Shown: positions 24,708 to 34,414 of the stretch, one piece after another
Layout: every line of letters begins with the position of its first letter
How positions within the stretch are numbered: the stretch's first letter is position 1
NCBI GenBank assembly: GCA_045545295.1
Contig: JAZQAO010000030.1
Location: 606-64,605, forward strand
DNA length: 64,000 nucleotides
Reading direction: 5' to 3'
Source: Clostridia bacterium
Lineage (GTDB): Bacteria; Bacillota; Clostridia; UMGS1883
The notes under the pieces: model-generated
Databases searched by the model: none
What the model saw: only the letters and a program-made list of their open reading frames with translations
Told to the model about the DNA's origin: nothing
Made by a program: the position numbers and the translations under genes

Positions 24708-27650
24708 TCACTCTGTTACATTTTCACAAAGAGGTACAAGCTTTCCGTCATTGTCAAGCAGAAATACGCTGCAATAGTCTGCACCTGAGAAATCCTTGTC
24801 AAGTGAAACGGAAATATTTCCGCTTACGATATCAATAGTCTTTTTCTCTATAACAGTAAGTTTGCCGTCCTTATAGCCTGCACAGATTACAGATGCATCG
24901 TCATAATCTGCACCAAGGTTACTTACTGCCACGGAAACTGTTCCGTAAATATTGCGGGAAACCTCTCTGATTTCAATACCCTCTCTGGGAACAGTAAAGA
25001 CAACAAAGTCCTTTTTGTCGCCCGATACGGTAATTTTTCCGTTTGATGCCGTCACAACGGCATCACCGCTATTTTCCTCCATAACGATATTTTCCGCAGT
25101 TACACCGGGAATATCGAAGGTTACGGAGCCGTTTTCTAGAAGGTCTACGTTATAGTAAACCGTATCATTAAGGGGTACTGAATACACCGATGCCTGACCG
25201 TTGAAGCGGTCTGCATCCTCAAACTTTCTGTATGCTACTGCTTTAATTGTCGTACCCTGTGCAGTCTTGTTTCTTGTGAAAAGATAGGGGTACGCCTTTG
25301 CCGTTGCAGGCATATAGAATGAGTAGTTTGAATTAGCAAGTCGCACGTCATTTCTTCCATCGCCTATTGGCAAAAATCCGCTTGCGAATGCGATGTCACT
25401 TGTTCCGTCCTCATAGCACATAAAGTCAATAAGTCTGTTGGGAACAGTATTCTGGTCAAGCCAGCTGTTTTTATTGAACTGATGATGCGGTGCGGGAAGG
25501 TCGAATGTATTGTATTCAAGACCTGTATCAAGACGATAAAGCTGTCTTGGCTCTGAAAAGTCAAAGGTTACTGTCTTTGAAGTATCTGCAGTTGCACTGT
25601 CACGTGCGGTGAATACTGCAGGATTTGCCTCAAACGCGATTGTACCGGGCATAAGCCTCTTTACACCGCCACCGAGGTTACCCTTCATAAGATACTGATA
25701 ACCGTAATATGCAAGGTAGTTTATTTTCTGTTCAAGCTTATGGTCAAACTCCGTAAGAACGGTACCGTCATCCATAATTGTGATAATCTGCTTGTATGTA
25801 ATTACCGTGTCACCGGGGTTGTAGTTGGGAAGATTTGTTTCGGAATAGCCTTCCTTATAACCTCTCTGAAGTTCCTCCGCAAGAAGTGTGGGGTCTGTAA
25901 TTTCATAAGTATCCACAATCTCAATCTTGTCTGCCTTAACAGACTGTGAAGTCGCAAGGTCAAGAACTTTTGTTGTACCGTCCGGAAGATATGCAGTAAC
26001 CGTCTGCACGGAATTTCTTACCGACGGGAACTGCTGGTCATTGCTTTTTCCTGTAAAGGTAAGGGTTTCGTCCGTTGCTACTCCGTTTTCAATACGGGTA
26101 AGGGTTGTGCCTGAAATATCTCTTGAAAATACCCACAGATTGCTTCCCGTACCGTGCTCTGTTGCCATAACTCTGATTCTGTTTTTATCCAAAACATTTG
26201 TAAGCAACCATTCTTTGCCTGCGGAATCCTTCCACAAGCTGCCTACATCGGCAACTGTTTTTCCGTGGTTGTTTACAGTAAGTCTTACAGCCGACGCCGC
26301 GTGATTACCGCCCATAAACACACCGTTTACGTTAAGGGGTGCTGATTCGTCGGAAACATAGCTTGTACGTCCCTGACCCTGCTCCCACAAATATGTAACA
26401 TTACCGCCTTTGTTTGTAAGGTATGCATCGTAATATTCAATATGCTGATTTGAAGATGTATAAACACCGAATGTCTGTGTAAGTGTGTTTTCTTCGTTAT
26501 ATTTTGATGTAACGGCAATCTGTTTCTTACTTCCATCCACCTGTGCGGTAAGTGCACCGCCATCGTTAACTGTGAATTCATCAACGATAAGGTCACTCTT
26601 ATTCGCTGTTACCGTGAAATCGTCAAATGAATATGCACCTGTTTCACCGTTACGGAGGATATTAAACTGCATTCTGTCAAGACCAAATGCCGCTGTCTTG
26701 TCCTTCATAAGCTCAACAGTATTCTGCTTTGTACCATTCTGATATACGGTAAGCTCTTTACCCTTAAAATCGTATTCAAGAGAAAATCTCACAGAGCTTC
26801 CGAACGCTACATCGGGAGTATAGAAATAATCGTTATTTGCCATCTGATTACGGGTGCGGAGTACTCCTGTATTAAGCTGTGATGCACCACCGAACAAACG
26901 AAGGAAATTCATTCCGTTTGAGGTAGTAATCGGAGCACCGCCTTCATCAATTCCGTAAATCTCGAACTGATAATATGCATCACCCGATGAACTGCTGACT
27001 GTAAATTCCTTTGGTGTAACGGTGAAAGAAACAGTAACCTTATCACTTTCAGGCATTCTTGCAAAATCATATCTTGCAAAAGGCGTCATAGTTGCTGAAT
27101 ACGCTGATTTTGCAAAATCAAGAGAATAGCCGTCTATGTGACTTGCTACGGAAGCGGAAAGGTAGTTTTTCTCTGCCGCTGTTACGGTACTCTTTCCCCA
27201 AGGGGTGCCGATAGTGCTTATATCTTTTCCGACTGCATCGGGTCTTCCGAAGCCTTCGGACTCAAAAACATATACCGAAAGAGGAAGAACTGTGAATGTT
27301 ATGTTCTTATTTGCTGTTTCACCATTTTTTGAAACCTCCGCTGTAAGAGTGATTTCAGCATTTTCACTCTGTGGTCTTGTAACAAGACCTGCATTACCCG
27401 AGATTTTAACAACGGAGCTGTCTGAGGATGTCAGTTCCAGAGTAGCGCCCGCTTCCTCCATCTGCGCCATCACACGGGAGAAATCAAGGTCCTCTGTAAC
27501 AGCGTAGCCTGACTGTGTCGTCATAAGGTCAAGGTTTATACCCTCTGCCAATTCTCCTGCAGTTTCCGCCCCCATGGCAAAAGACGGACAAACTGCCATA
27601 ATCATTATTAAGCTGATAATAAAAGAGAGGAATTTTTTAGACTTTTTCAT
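24708..27650 (-). CDS. Giant secreted protein with an Ig-like N-module; catalytic function unknown
   Basis: MKKSKKFLSFIISLIMIMAVCPSFAMGA signal peptide (start moved to ATG 27650). The N-module LELTSSDSSVVKISGNAGLVTRPQSENAEITLTAEVSKNGETANKNITFTVLP is of the same type as in 11800- and 19143-. I recognise no motif in the remaining ~850 aa. Confidence 0.7.
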   Translation of the reverse strand: MKKSKKFLSFIISLIMIMAVCPSFAMGAETAGELAEGINLDLMTTQSGYAVTEDLDFSRVMAQMEEAGATLELTSSDSSVVKISGNAGLVTRPQSENAEITLTAEVSKNGETANKNITFTVLPLSVYVFESEGFGRPDAVGKDISTIGTPWGKSTVTAAEKNYLSASVASHIDGYSLDFAKSAYSATMTPFARYDFARMPESDKVTVSFTVTPKEFTVSSSSGDAYYQFEIYGIDEGGAPITTSNGMNFLRLFGGASQLNTGVLRTRNQMANNDYFYTPDVAFGSSVRFSLEYDFKGKELTVYQNGTKQNTVELMKDKTAAFGLDRMQFNILRNGETGAYSFDDFTVTANKSDLIVDEFTVNDGGALTAQVDGSKKQIAVTSKYNEENTLTQTFGVYTSSNQHIEYYDAYLTNKGGNVTYLWEQGQGRTSYVSDESAPLNVNGVFMGGNHAASAVRLTVNNHGKTVADVGSLWKDSAGKEWLLTNVLDKNRIRVMATEHGTGSNLWVFSRDISGTTLTRIENGVATDETLTFTGKSNDQQFPSVRNSVQTVTAYLPDGTTKVLDLATSQSVKADKIEIVDTYEITDPTLLAEELQRGYKEGYSETNLPNYNPGDTVITYKQIITIMDDGTVLTEFDHKLEQKINYLAYYGYQYLMKGNLGGGVKRLMPGTIAFEANPAVFTARDSATADTSKTVTFDFSEPRQLYRLDTGLEYNTFDLPAPHHQFNKNSWLDQNTVPNRLIDFMCYEDGTSDIAFASGFLPIGDGRNDVRLANSNYSFYMPATAKAYPYLFTRNKTAQGTTIKAVAYRKFEDADRFNGQASVYSVPLNDTVYYNVDLLENGSVTFDIPGVTAENIVMEENSGDAVVTASNGKITVSGDKKDFVVFTVPREGIEIREVSRNIYGTVSVAVSNLGADYDDASVICAGYKDGKLTVIEKKTIDIVSGNISVSLDKDFSGADYCSVFLLDNDGKLVPLCENVTE

Positions 27651-27706
27651 AACATTCACGTTCCTTTTTAACAAATAAGTTTTTGCGTCTTTAATACGCC
27701 TGCATT

Positions 27707-28555
27707 TTATTTTATACCGATTCTTGCCTTAATATCTTCAAGCATCTTTCTTGCGTGAATAATATCCTGTACCTGTTCATCACCTGTGATTTCACGCTCG
27801 ATTGTAAGGGGACCTGTGTAACCAAGCTCATAAAGGCCTTTCACAACACCATAGAAATCAACCTTTCCGTCGCCCATTCTTGTTTCCTTACCAAGCTCTG
27901 TTCCGCATGTAGGATAAAGTCCGTCCTTACAGTGTGTGTCACGAACATATTTACCGAACACGTCAAGGGCGTCAACGGGATTTGCCTTACCGTAAAGGAT
28001 AAGATTTGCAGTGTCAAGATTAATGCCGACGTTATCCATACCGATAGCCTCAATTGCACGAAGAAGTGTTACGGGTGTTTCCTGACCTGTTTCAAAAAGG
28101 AAATACTGACCCCTGTCCTTCATAACACGGCAAAGCTCACGCAGACAGCCTACAACCCCTGCAAAGTTGGGGTCTGACATATTTTCGGGAATAAAGCCGA
28201 CGTGTGTAATCATATTTTCAACACCGATAAGCTCGGTAAATCTACTTGCCTTTTTAAGGAATTCAAGTCTTGCACCACGGTACGCAGGGGGAACAAGACC
28301 AAGGGTATCGGGGCCGAAACGGAAGTTCCACTCACTGCTTGGTCCGCTGCCCCAGCCTGCCCATACACTTGAAATTATGATACCTGTTTTATCAATACAT
28401 TCTTTTACATATGCCGCCTGCTCATCCGTAATATGTGCCTCATCCCATACGGAAAGCTGGCATGTTGTAAGTCCCATTCCAATAACTTTATTAAACGCCT
28501 CTATAAGGTCTTCATATTCTCCGCCAAAGGTAACCCTTACGCCTATTTCCATCAT
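27707..28555 (-). CDS. Sugar phosphate isomerase/epimerase (xylose isomerase-like TIM barrel)
   Basis: ITHVGFIPE, FLFETGQETPVTLLRAIEAIGMDNVGINLDTANLILYGKANPVDAL. Confidence 0.75.
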   Translation of the reverse strand: MMEIGVRVTFGGEYEDLIEAFNKVIGMGLTTCQLSVWDEAHITDEQAAYVKECIDKTGIIISSVWAGWGSGPSSEWNFRFGPDTLGLVPPAYRGARLEFLKKASRFTELIGVENMITHVGFIPENMSDPNFAGVVGCLRELCRVMKDRGQYFLFETGQETPVTLLRAIEAIGMDNVGINLDTANLILYGKANPVDALDVFGKYVRDTHCKDGLYPTCGTELGKETRMGDGKVDFYGVVKGLYELGYTGPLTIEREITGDEQVQDIIHARKMLEDIKARIGIK

Positions 28556-28570
28556 TGCTTTTTCCTCCGT

Positions 28571-29398
28571 TTATCTTTCAATTTCAGTTTTCAAGAATTT
28601 TATACAGCCATCCATTTCCTCCCACGTAATGGGGGAATTGACTTCTGCCGTTAAAAGACCGCTATAGCCGTCTTTTTTCAGTTTTCCTATAAGCTCAGAA
28701 AGAGGAACCTCACCCTTGCCAAGCTCCACCCCACGAAACCGGGGGATATTTTCCCTTACAAAATCACCGAAGGGGTCTTTTTTCCAATCCTTACAATGAA
28801 CGTGAACAAGTCTGTCCTTAAGCTTGCTGTACGCCTCAAGCACATCCTCCCCTACACAGTAGAAGTTACCTGTGTCAAGTACATATCCAAGTCCTTCAAC
28901 GTTATCAAGGATGTATCTTATATCTGATATTTTTGAATCAGGTCTTCTGTGAAGTGACTGATTTTCAAGAGCAACACATATTCCTGCACCTTTTGCATAA
29001 TTTACAACCTCGGAAAATCCCTCTATAAGATATTCACGTATTGCCTCAAACTCACAAGGGTTTTCCGCCTCACCTGTCTGTGGTGCAAGCATCATCATGG
29101 GGATAGAGTGTTTGTGCATCAGATCAATCTGTTCTTTTGTACGCATTATGTATTTTTTGCGCTCTGCGGGATTCTTGTCCGCAATATTTTCAAAGGATAT
29201 AAGACACCCTGCATCCACCCCTGAATTTCTTGCAGATTCAAGATAGTATGTAAGGGGGTAGTTTTTTAAGCAACTTGCAAAAATATCGCAGTAGTCTGCA
29301 CCAAACTTTTTAAAGTGGCGGAAAGATTCTTCATCTGTGGAGAATCTTCCCTCACGTGTATGCTGCAAAGCGTAATATCCAAAAAATGATATTTTCAT
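28571..29398 (-). CDS. Sugar phosphate isomerase/epimerase (xylose isomerase-like TIM barrel), second paralog
   Basis: VALENQSLH, YVLDTGNFYCVGEDVLEAY, VHVHCKDW. First gene of the minus-strand cluster. Confidence 0.7.
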   Translation of the reverse strand: MKISFFGYYALQHTREGRFSTDEESFRHFKKFGADYCDIFASCLKNYPLTYYLESARNSGVDAGCLISFENIADKNPAERKKYIMRTKEQIDLMHKHSIPMMMLAPQTGEAENPCEFEAIREYLIEGFSEVVNYAKGAGICVALENQSLHRRPDSKISDIRYILDNVEGLGYVLDTGNFYCVGEDVLEAYSKLKDRLVHVHCKDWKKDPFGDFVRENIPRFRGVELGKGEVPLSELIGKLKKDGYSGLLTAEVNSPITWEEMDGCIKFLKTEIER

Positions 29399-29628
29399 TT
29401 CTATTCATTCCTTTAAAGCCAAAATAGCATAAGAAGTGTATGCCACCCCTTATACTGCTTATATTTTACCTTAACACGCCATATAAAACAAGTAAAAATC
29501 AAACGAAAAATATGGACTTTTGAGTAAATCTATGTTTTTTCATTTTCAGCTTTTTCCTTTGTTTCCGCATTTTACACTATTTTTTATAATATGTTTTTCT
29601 ACAAATTGTAGTTTTTAATGCAAAAACA

Positions 29629-30492
29629 TCATTTTTTCACTAAATCCACATTATTTACACATACAAAATTTTCATTGCTGCTTATATATTCGCACAGTTC
29701 TCTGAAAAGGCCTGCATCCCAGTACCATATACTCTTGCCGTAGCCTGCATCATCCTTTTCATAAATGTGATGAAACATAATAATAACAGACGAATTGTCA
29801 GGCATTTTTTTAAGTAATTTCTTCACCTGCTTCATTGTGGTATAGCTTGTTATAACAACAGACGGAAACCAGGAGTAGTCAAAGGATTTTATGAAGTTAC
29901 GCTTATTCATCAGACAGAATAGCTCTGATGAACCCGATTTTTCCATAAGTCGGTTCATAAATTCTATAAATTTACCATCCTTGTCAGGTGTATACGCACT
30001 TCTTATGTAGGATATAGTTTTATCCTTAACAAGGCTGTCAATCGTATGTACATTATCCATTGTAATGCCTGAGCCGGGACTTGCAAAACCGATATTCTCC
30101 ACGTCAAGACCCATATTCTTAAAATCCTCAATATTATTAAGGATATCCTCTATGGTGTTTTCGTGGTTTCTTCCGTGGCAGGCAATTTCAATGCCGTTTT
30201 GCTGAAGCTCAACAAGGTTTTCGACAGACATATACCTATGCCCTTCTTCACATTCTGCCTCAGGCTTTATATATTGACTTATAATATTTGCCACGCCCGT
30301 AAGATTGTATTTTTTAAGGGTGGGATATACCACTCTGTAAAAATCCCTGCCTCCATCGTCAAACGAGAGTATGATTTTTCTCACAAAATCAATCCTTTTA
30401 ATTTTTTTATTTTGGTTGTTGACATCGTTTACATTCTGTGCTACTTTAATTATAAAACATCTATTTTTATATTTCAATTCATAAACTGACAT
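29629..30492 (-). CDS. Polysaccharide deacetylase (CE4-like)
   Basis: ILSFDDGGRDFYRVVYPTLKKYNL (DDG motif) and IACHGRNHEN. The track ORF (to 30861) would overlap the divergent araC gene, so I place the start at ATG 30492 (MSVYELKY...). RBS support is weak, so the start is uncertain. Confidence 0.6.
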   Translation of the reverse strand: MSVYELKYKNRCFIIKVAQNVNDVNNQNKKIKRIDFVRKIILSFDDGGRDFYRVVYPTLKKYNLTGVANIISQYIKPEAECEEGHRYMSVENLVELQQNGIEIACHGRNHENTIEDILNNIEDFKNMGLDVENIGFASPGSGITMDNVHTIDSLVKDKTISYIRSAYTPDKDGKFIEFMNRLMEKSGSSELFCLMNKRNFIKSFDYSWFPSVVITSYTTMKQVKKLLKKMPDNSSVIIMFHHIYEKDDAGYGKSIWYWDAGLFRELCEYISSNENFVCVNNVDLVKK

Positions 30493-30525
30493 TATTTTTA
30501 TACTTTTAGACACTATGGTGATGAT

Positions 30526-31353
30526 ATGTTGAAACAAATTTATCGGCAATTCAATATAGAATGGTTGGGGAATGTCCTCAGACAGAATTTCGACAGCACT
30601 TTTTTCTATGCCGGAGAACGCCACGATTTTATCGAAATGCTTTATCTTGAAAAAGGTGAGCTTGAGGTTGTAGAGGATGGAAATGTATATATTCTTCATA
30701 CAGGAGATATTATTTTTCACGCACCTCTGGAATTTCACAAACAGCGCTCCGTAGGACAAAGTCCGATAACTTTTCGCAATGTCTCCTGTGTAATAAAAGG
30801 CAATGCACCAAAAATTCTTTTTGACGGGGTATTCCGGCTTGACTCTGAAGAAAGAGCTCAATTTTTACGTTTTTTTGAAAAAGCATATAAATTTGACAAA
30901 GTGGAAATTTCGCCCGGTTTTCTTGGACATCTTGCTGCGGAAGAACTGACAGCCTTTATCCTGAATTTGTGCACCAAACAAACAATGAACAACCATTTTT
31001 CCAGTCTTAACGGAGCTGTTATGTTTAACAAGTTAGTTAACACAATGAAAGAAAATCTTTCACAGAATATATCCGTTTCAGAGGTTGCAAGCCTTCATAA
31101 CATCAGTGTTAGTTATGTAAAAAACTTATTTTATAAATATGCCGATATGTCTCCAAAAAAATATTATTCTCAGCTAAGACTTATTGAATCAATAAAACTG
31201 CTTGAAAACGGACTTACCCCTGCCGAAATTGCAGAAACAATGAATTTTTCTTCCGTAAGCCACTTTTCTGTTTTCTTTAAGGAAAATATGGGAATTTCAC
31301 CCAGTAAATACAGAAAAGAAATCCACGACAAAGAAAGGACAGAAGTTTTATGA
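30526..31353 (+). CDS. AraC-family transcriptional regulator (cupin sensor plus HTH)
   Basis: The N-terminal cupin-like region HDFIEMLYLEKGELEVVEDGNVYILHTGDIIFHAPLEFH. The C-terminal part is VSEVASLHNISVSYVKNLFYKY...TPAEIAETMNFSSVSHFSVFFKENMGISPSKYR. Confidence 0.85.
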   Translation: MLKQIYRQFNIEWLGNVLRQNFDSTFFYAGERHDFIEMLYLEKGELEVVEDGNVYILHTGDIIFHAPLEFHKQRSVGQSPITFRNVSCVIKGNAPKILFDGVFRLDSEERAQFLRFFEKAYKFDKVEISPGFLGHLAAEELTAFILNLCTKQTMNNHFSSLNGAVMFNKLVNTMKENLSQNISVSEVASLHNISVSYVKNLFYKYADMSPKKYYSQLRLIESIKLLENGLTPAEIAETMNFSSVSHFSVFFKENMGISPSKYRKEIHDKERTEVL

Positions 31354-34300
31354 AACATACCATACTTTTTGACAACTGCGAAAATCATTGGGACAACGCC
31401 CTGCCTTTCGGTAACGGCACTATGGGATGTATGACCTTTTACGAAAAGGACAAGCTTTTTATGCCTTATACTCACTATGAGGTTTACTATAACATCAGCG
31501 AAGAAGTTCTCCCTCGTGACATTGAAAAAAATCTTCCTGAGATTGTTAACCCGGGAAGCAAGCACGAAACCTACATAAAGCGCGCAGATAACAATATCCC
31601 GCAGGAAGGTGAGCCCTTCTGTTATTACCGCACCGACCGTGACAAAACGAAGAAAGACCTGCCCTACGGCACTAAAGACTGGGGATGGTCAAGCCCGCAG
31701 ACAGGTGAGCTTGTGTTTAATTTTTCTGAAAGCCTTAAGGGTGCAGAAAGTAAGCTTTGCCTTAATCTTGAGGATGCAAAGGGCAACCTTACACTTACAA
31801 AGGACAAAAAGACAATTTCTGTTGAAACTCTTGTTTCCCGCAAGGACTGCATTGTAAATTGCATCACGCAGACAGAGGAAAACCTTCTCCGCTCTGTAGA
31901 TATAGTATTTCGCAACTATCGTGACATAAAAACTCCCGATGTAAAATATAAACAGGTTGACGACCGCACCGTTCTTTACACTGCAAAAAGAAAATTCTCC
32001 GACAGTTACACCTTTATATTTTCGGGAATTGTACGCTTTATCGGTGCAACTGTTACTATGGCGAAAGATACTGACAGCAGTGTATCTGTTAAGATAGATA
32101 AAAACGAAAAAGAATTTATTGTTCTTACGGGAATTGCCACCGATTGGAGATTTGATGATACAGAAAAATCTGCCATAGAAAATATGGACGGATATGAAAA
32201 AGAGCTTGACGAAATGCTTATATGCCACAAGGAATACTGGACAGAATTCTTTAACCGTTCTTCCATTACCCTTCCCGACAAATTCCTTGAAAAGGTATAT
32301 TTTATCAATCAGTACGCCCTTGACTGTTGCAGCGGAAAAGACGGTGTTATGAAGCATCAGGCTTGCGGACTTAACGGCTTGTGGCAGATACGTTTTCCCG
32401 GTATATGGAACAGTATGTGGTACTGGGATGTCAATATTCAGGCAGCATTTGCAGGTGTATTTTCAAGCAACCGCCTTGACCTTGGAAAGGTATTTTCAGA
32501 CGGGTTGCGGTCCTATATGGGTGTGAGCCGTCATTGGGCAAAAGAAGTATATAATCTTAAGGGTTGTGCAAGCGACTATCCTTTCAGCCATTACTACTGT
32601 TGCTGGATGTGGTGTGCACAGTACCTTTGGTATCAGTACGAATACAGTCTTGATAAGGATTATCTTAAGAATGAGGCTTACCCCCTTTTCCTTGAGCTTT
32701 GTGAATTTACGGCAGGTATATTTGAATACGACAAGGAAAAAGACAGATACTTTGTATATCCCGACATTTCTCCCGAGCAGGGTCCTCTTGCGCATAACAC
32801 AACAATAACCGTTGCCTGTGCAAAATATCTTATGCAGTTCACCCTTAAAGCGGCAGAAATTCTGGGCGACAATGCACCAATTCTTTCAAAGTGCAGGGAG
32901 ATTCTCCCCAAAATGCCCGGCTACACATTCAGTAAACCCGGTAAATACGGAGTGCACTTTAACGATTCAGAAGACGCCCCTGATAATCTCTGGCTTCGTC
33001 ATCCAAGTATGCTTATGCCCGTTTTCCCTATTGGTGAATTTGACCTTTCAAGCAGTAAGGAAATGCAGGATATAATTTCAAACACTGTAGAATACCTTAC
33101 AGACAATTGTGAAATAGGTATTTTCGGCGGAAGCTGGCTTGCAGCAGCGGCAGCACGAATCGGACGGGGACAAGCAGCAATCAGACTTCTTTATGAAAGA
33201 GGCATTGACCATATGCTTCGCTCTAACGGTCTTACTGCAGAAGAAACCGATCGTTTTGTAAATTACTGCATTCTTGGCAGAAACCCGTTATACCTTCCCT
33301 GCATGATGGAGTTTTCCGGCGAAATGCTTGCGGCAGTGAATGAAATGCTTATGCAGTCACAAAACGGAATTATCCGTATATTCCCAGCAATCCCCGACGG
33401 AGATAAGGAGTATTTCCGTACAATCCGTGACGGTTATTCAATCCACGACTTTGAAGGTTATTACAACGAATACCCTGCATGGAACGACGTTAGTTTCGAT
33501 AAGCTTCTTGCAAAAGGTGCATTCGAAGTAAGTGCATTCCTTAAAGGCGGAAAGCTTTCCTACGCTAAAATTCTCAGCAAAAAAGGCGGAAAGCTCTCGG
33601 TTACATCCGGTTTCTTCACGCCTGACGTCATTGTATTTGAGGATGGAGTAAAAATAAACTTTTTCTTAGAAAACGGTATATATTCACTTGACACTCTTCC
33701 CGGAAAAACCTATGTGTTTGCTACTGAATATCCTGCAGAGAATGTTGCAGAAAGCAGCAATCCCGACAGCGGTATTTCAAACCACTTCACCTATACAAAG
33801 CGTACCCTTTCAATTGGTGAAAACAGCGAAACTCTCTATCAGAAGAAGCTTGACTATTTCCTCCGTGACTGGTATGTTGCCAATAACAGAATGGAAAATA
33901 ACACCATATATAAAATTAATATTACCGACAAAGAGCCCGATAAAGATGAATATATGGATAACATTCCCATGCAGTATATGACAAACAACTGCGGGCTTAT
34001 TATGAACGGTGCTAAATTCAGACATATTGGTTCAGAGGAATTTGATTACTTCAGAGGCTACGGCTTCAAGGATGCATCTGACATAAAGATTATAAACAGA
34101 ACAGGACCTGACCTTGTCCGCCGTGACTTTGCCGAAAGTGACAAAGAGGCTGAATTTTTAATTGAAGCACCACGCGGTCAGTACGAAATTCTTTTGATTT
34201 CAGGGGATAGCGAAGAAGAATGCATCACTATCGCAGAGGTTACAAACAGCCGCAGAATCGGTGGCAAAGTCATCCCCAAAGGCACATATCAGTGTGATAT

Positions 34301-34412
34301 TATCCCATTAATACACGAGGATGACGGAATTATACGTATAAGGCTTTCAACCCTGCCGGGTTATAAATGGAAGCTTAATGCAATTATGCTAAATGTAATA
34401 AAGGGGTACTGA
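31350..34412 (+). CDS. GH95-like glycoside hydrolase (alpha-L-fucosidase/galactosidase family), cytoplasmic, 1020 aa
   Basis: The N-terminus HWDNALPFGNGTMGCMTFYEKDKLF resembles the GH95/GH65N-type motif. GLNGLWQIRFPGIWNSMWYWDVNIQAAFAG is catalytic-domain-like. ATGA start/stop overlap with the upstream araC gene. Confidence 0.55.
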   Translation: MKHTILFDNCENHWDNALPFGNGTMGCMTFYEKDKLFMPYTHYEVYYNISEEVLPRDIEKNLPEIVNPGSKHETYIKRADNNIPQEGEPFCYYRTDRDKTKKDLPYGTKDWGWSSPQTGELVFNFSESLKGAESKLCLNLEDAKGNLTLTKDKKTISVETLVSRKDCIVNCITQTEENLLRSVDIVFRNYRDIKTPDVKYKQVDDRTVLYTAKRKFSDSYTFIFSGIVRFIGATVTMAKDTDSSVSVKIDKNEKEFIVLTGIATDWRFDDTEKSAIENMDGYEKELDEMLICHKEYWTEFFNRSSITLPDKFLEKVYFINQYALDCCSGKDGVMKHQACGLNGLWQIRFPGIWNSMWYWDVNIQAAFAGVFSSNRLDLGKVFSDGLRSYMGVSRHWAKEVYNLKGCASDYPFSHYYCCWMWCAQYLWYQYEYSLDKDYLKNEAYPLFLELCEFTAGIFEYDKEKDRYFVYPDISPEQGPLAHNTTITVACAKYLMQFTLKAAEILGDNAPILSKCREILPKMPGYTFSKPGKYGVHFNDSEDAPDNLWLRHPSMLMPVFPIGEFDLSSSKEMQDIISNTVEYLTDNCEIGIFGGSWLAAAAARIGRGQAAIRLLYERGIDHMLRSNGLTAEETDRFVNYCILGRNPLYLPCMMEFSGEMLAAVNEMLMQSQNGIIRIFPAIPDGDKEYFRTIRDGYSIHDFEGYYNEYPAWNDVSFDKLLAKGAFEVSAFLKGGKLSYAKILSKKGGKLSVTSGFFTPDVIVFEDGVKINFFLENGIYSLDTLPGKTYVFATEYPAENVAESSNPDSGISNHFTYTKRTLSIGENSETLYQKKLDYFLRDWYVANNRMENNTIYKINITDKEPDKDEYMDNIPMQYMTNNCGLIMNGAKFRHIGSEEFDYFRGYGFKDASDIKIINRTGPDLVRRDFAESDKEAEFLIEAPRGQYEILLISGDSEEECITIAEVTNSRRIGGKVIPKGTYQCDIIPLIHEDDGIIRIRLSTLPGYKWKLNAIMLNVIKGY

Positions 34413-34414
34413 TT

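Noticed and set aside
29530-29628. Short inverted repeats (ATGTTTTT...AAAAACAT, CTACAAATTGTAG) considered as an invertible-promoter signature linked to the recombinase
   Set aside because: The arms are only 6-8 bp in very AT-rich DNA. They are more simply a weak terminator for the CE4 gene. The recombinase is 28 kb away and of the large integrase-type class.
29629-30861. Long N-terminal extensions of track ORFs (29629-30861, 38210-39607, 61008-62075, 36481-37068, 5244-7082, 11800-14367)
   Set aside because: For most of them, an internal ATG preceded by a strong AGGAGG-type RBS gives a protein starting at the expected family N-terminus or signal peptide. The extensions overlap neighbouring genes or promoters. 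The exception is 29629-30861, where the internal ATG has only weak RBS support and the shorter start was chosen mainly to avoid overlapping the divergent araC gene.
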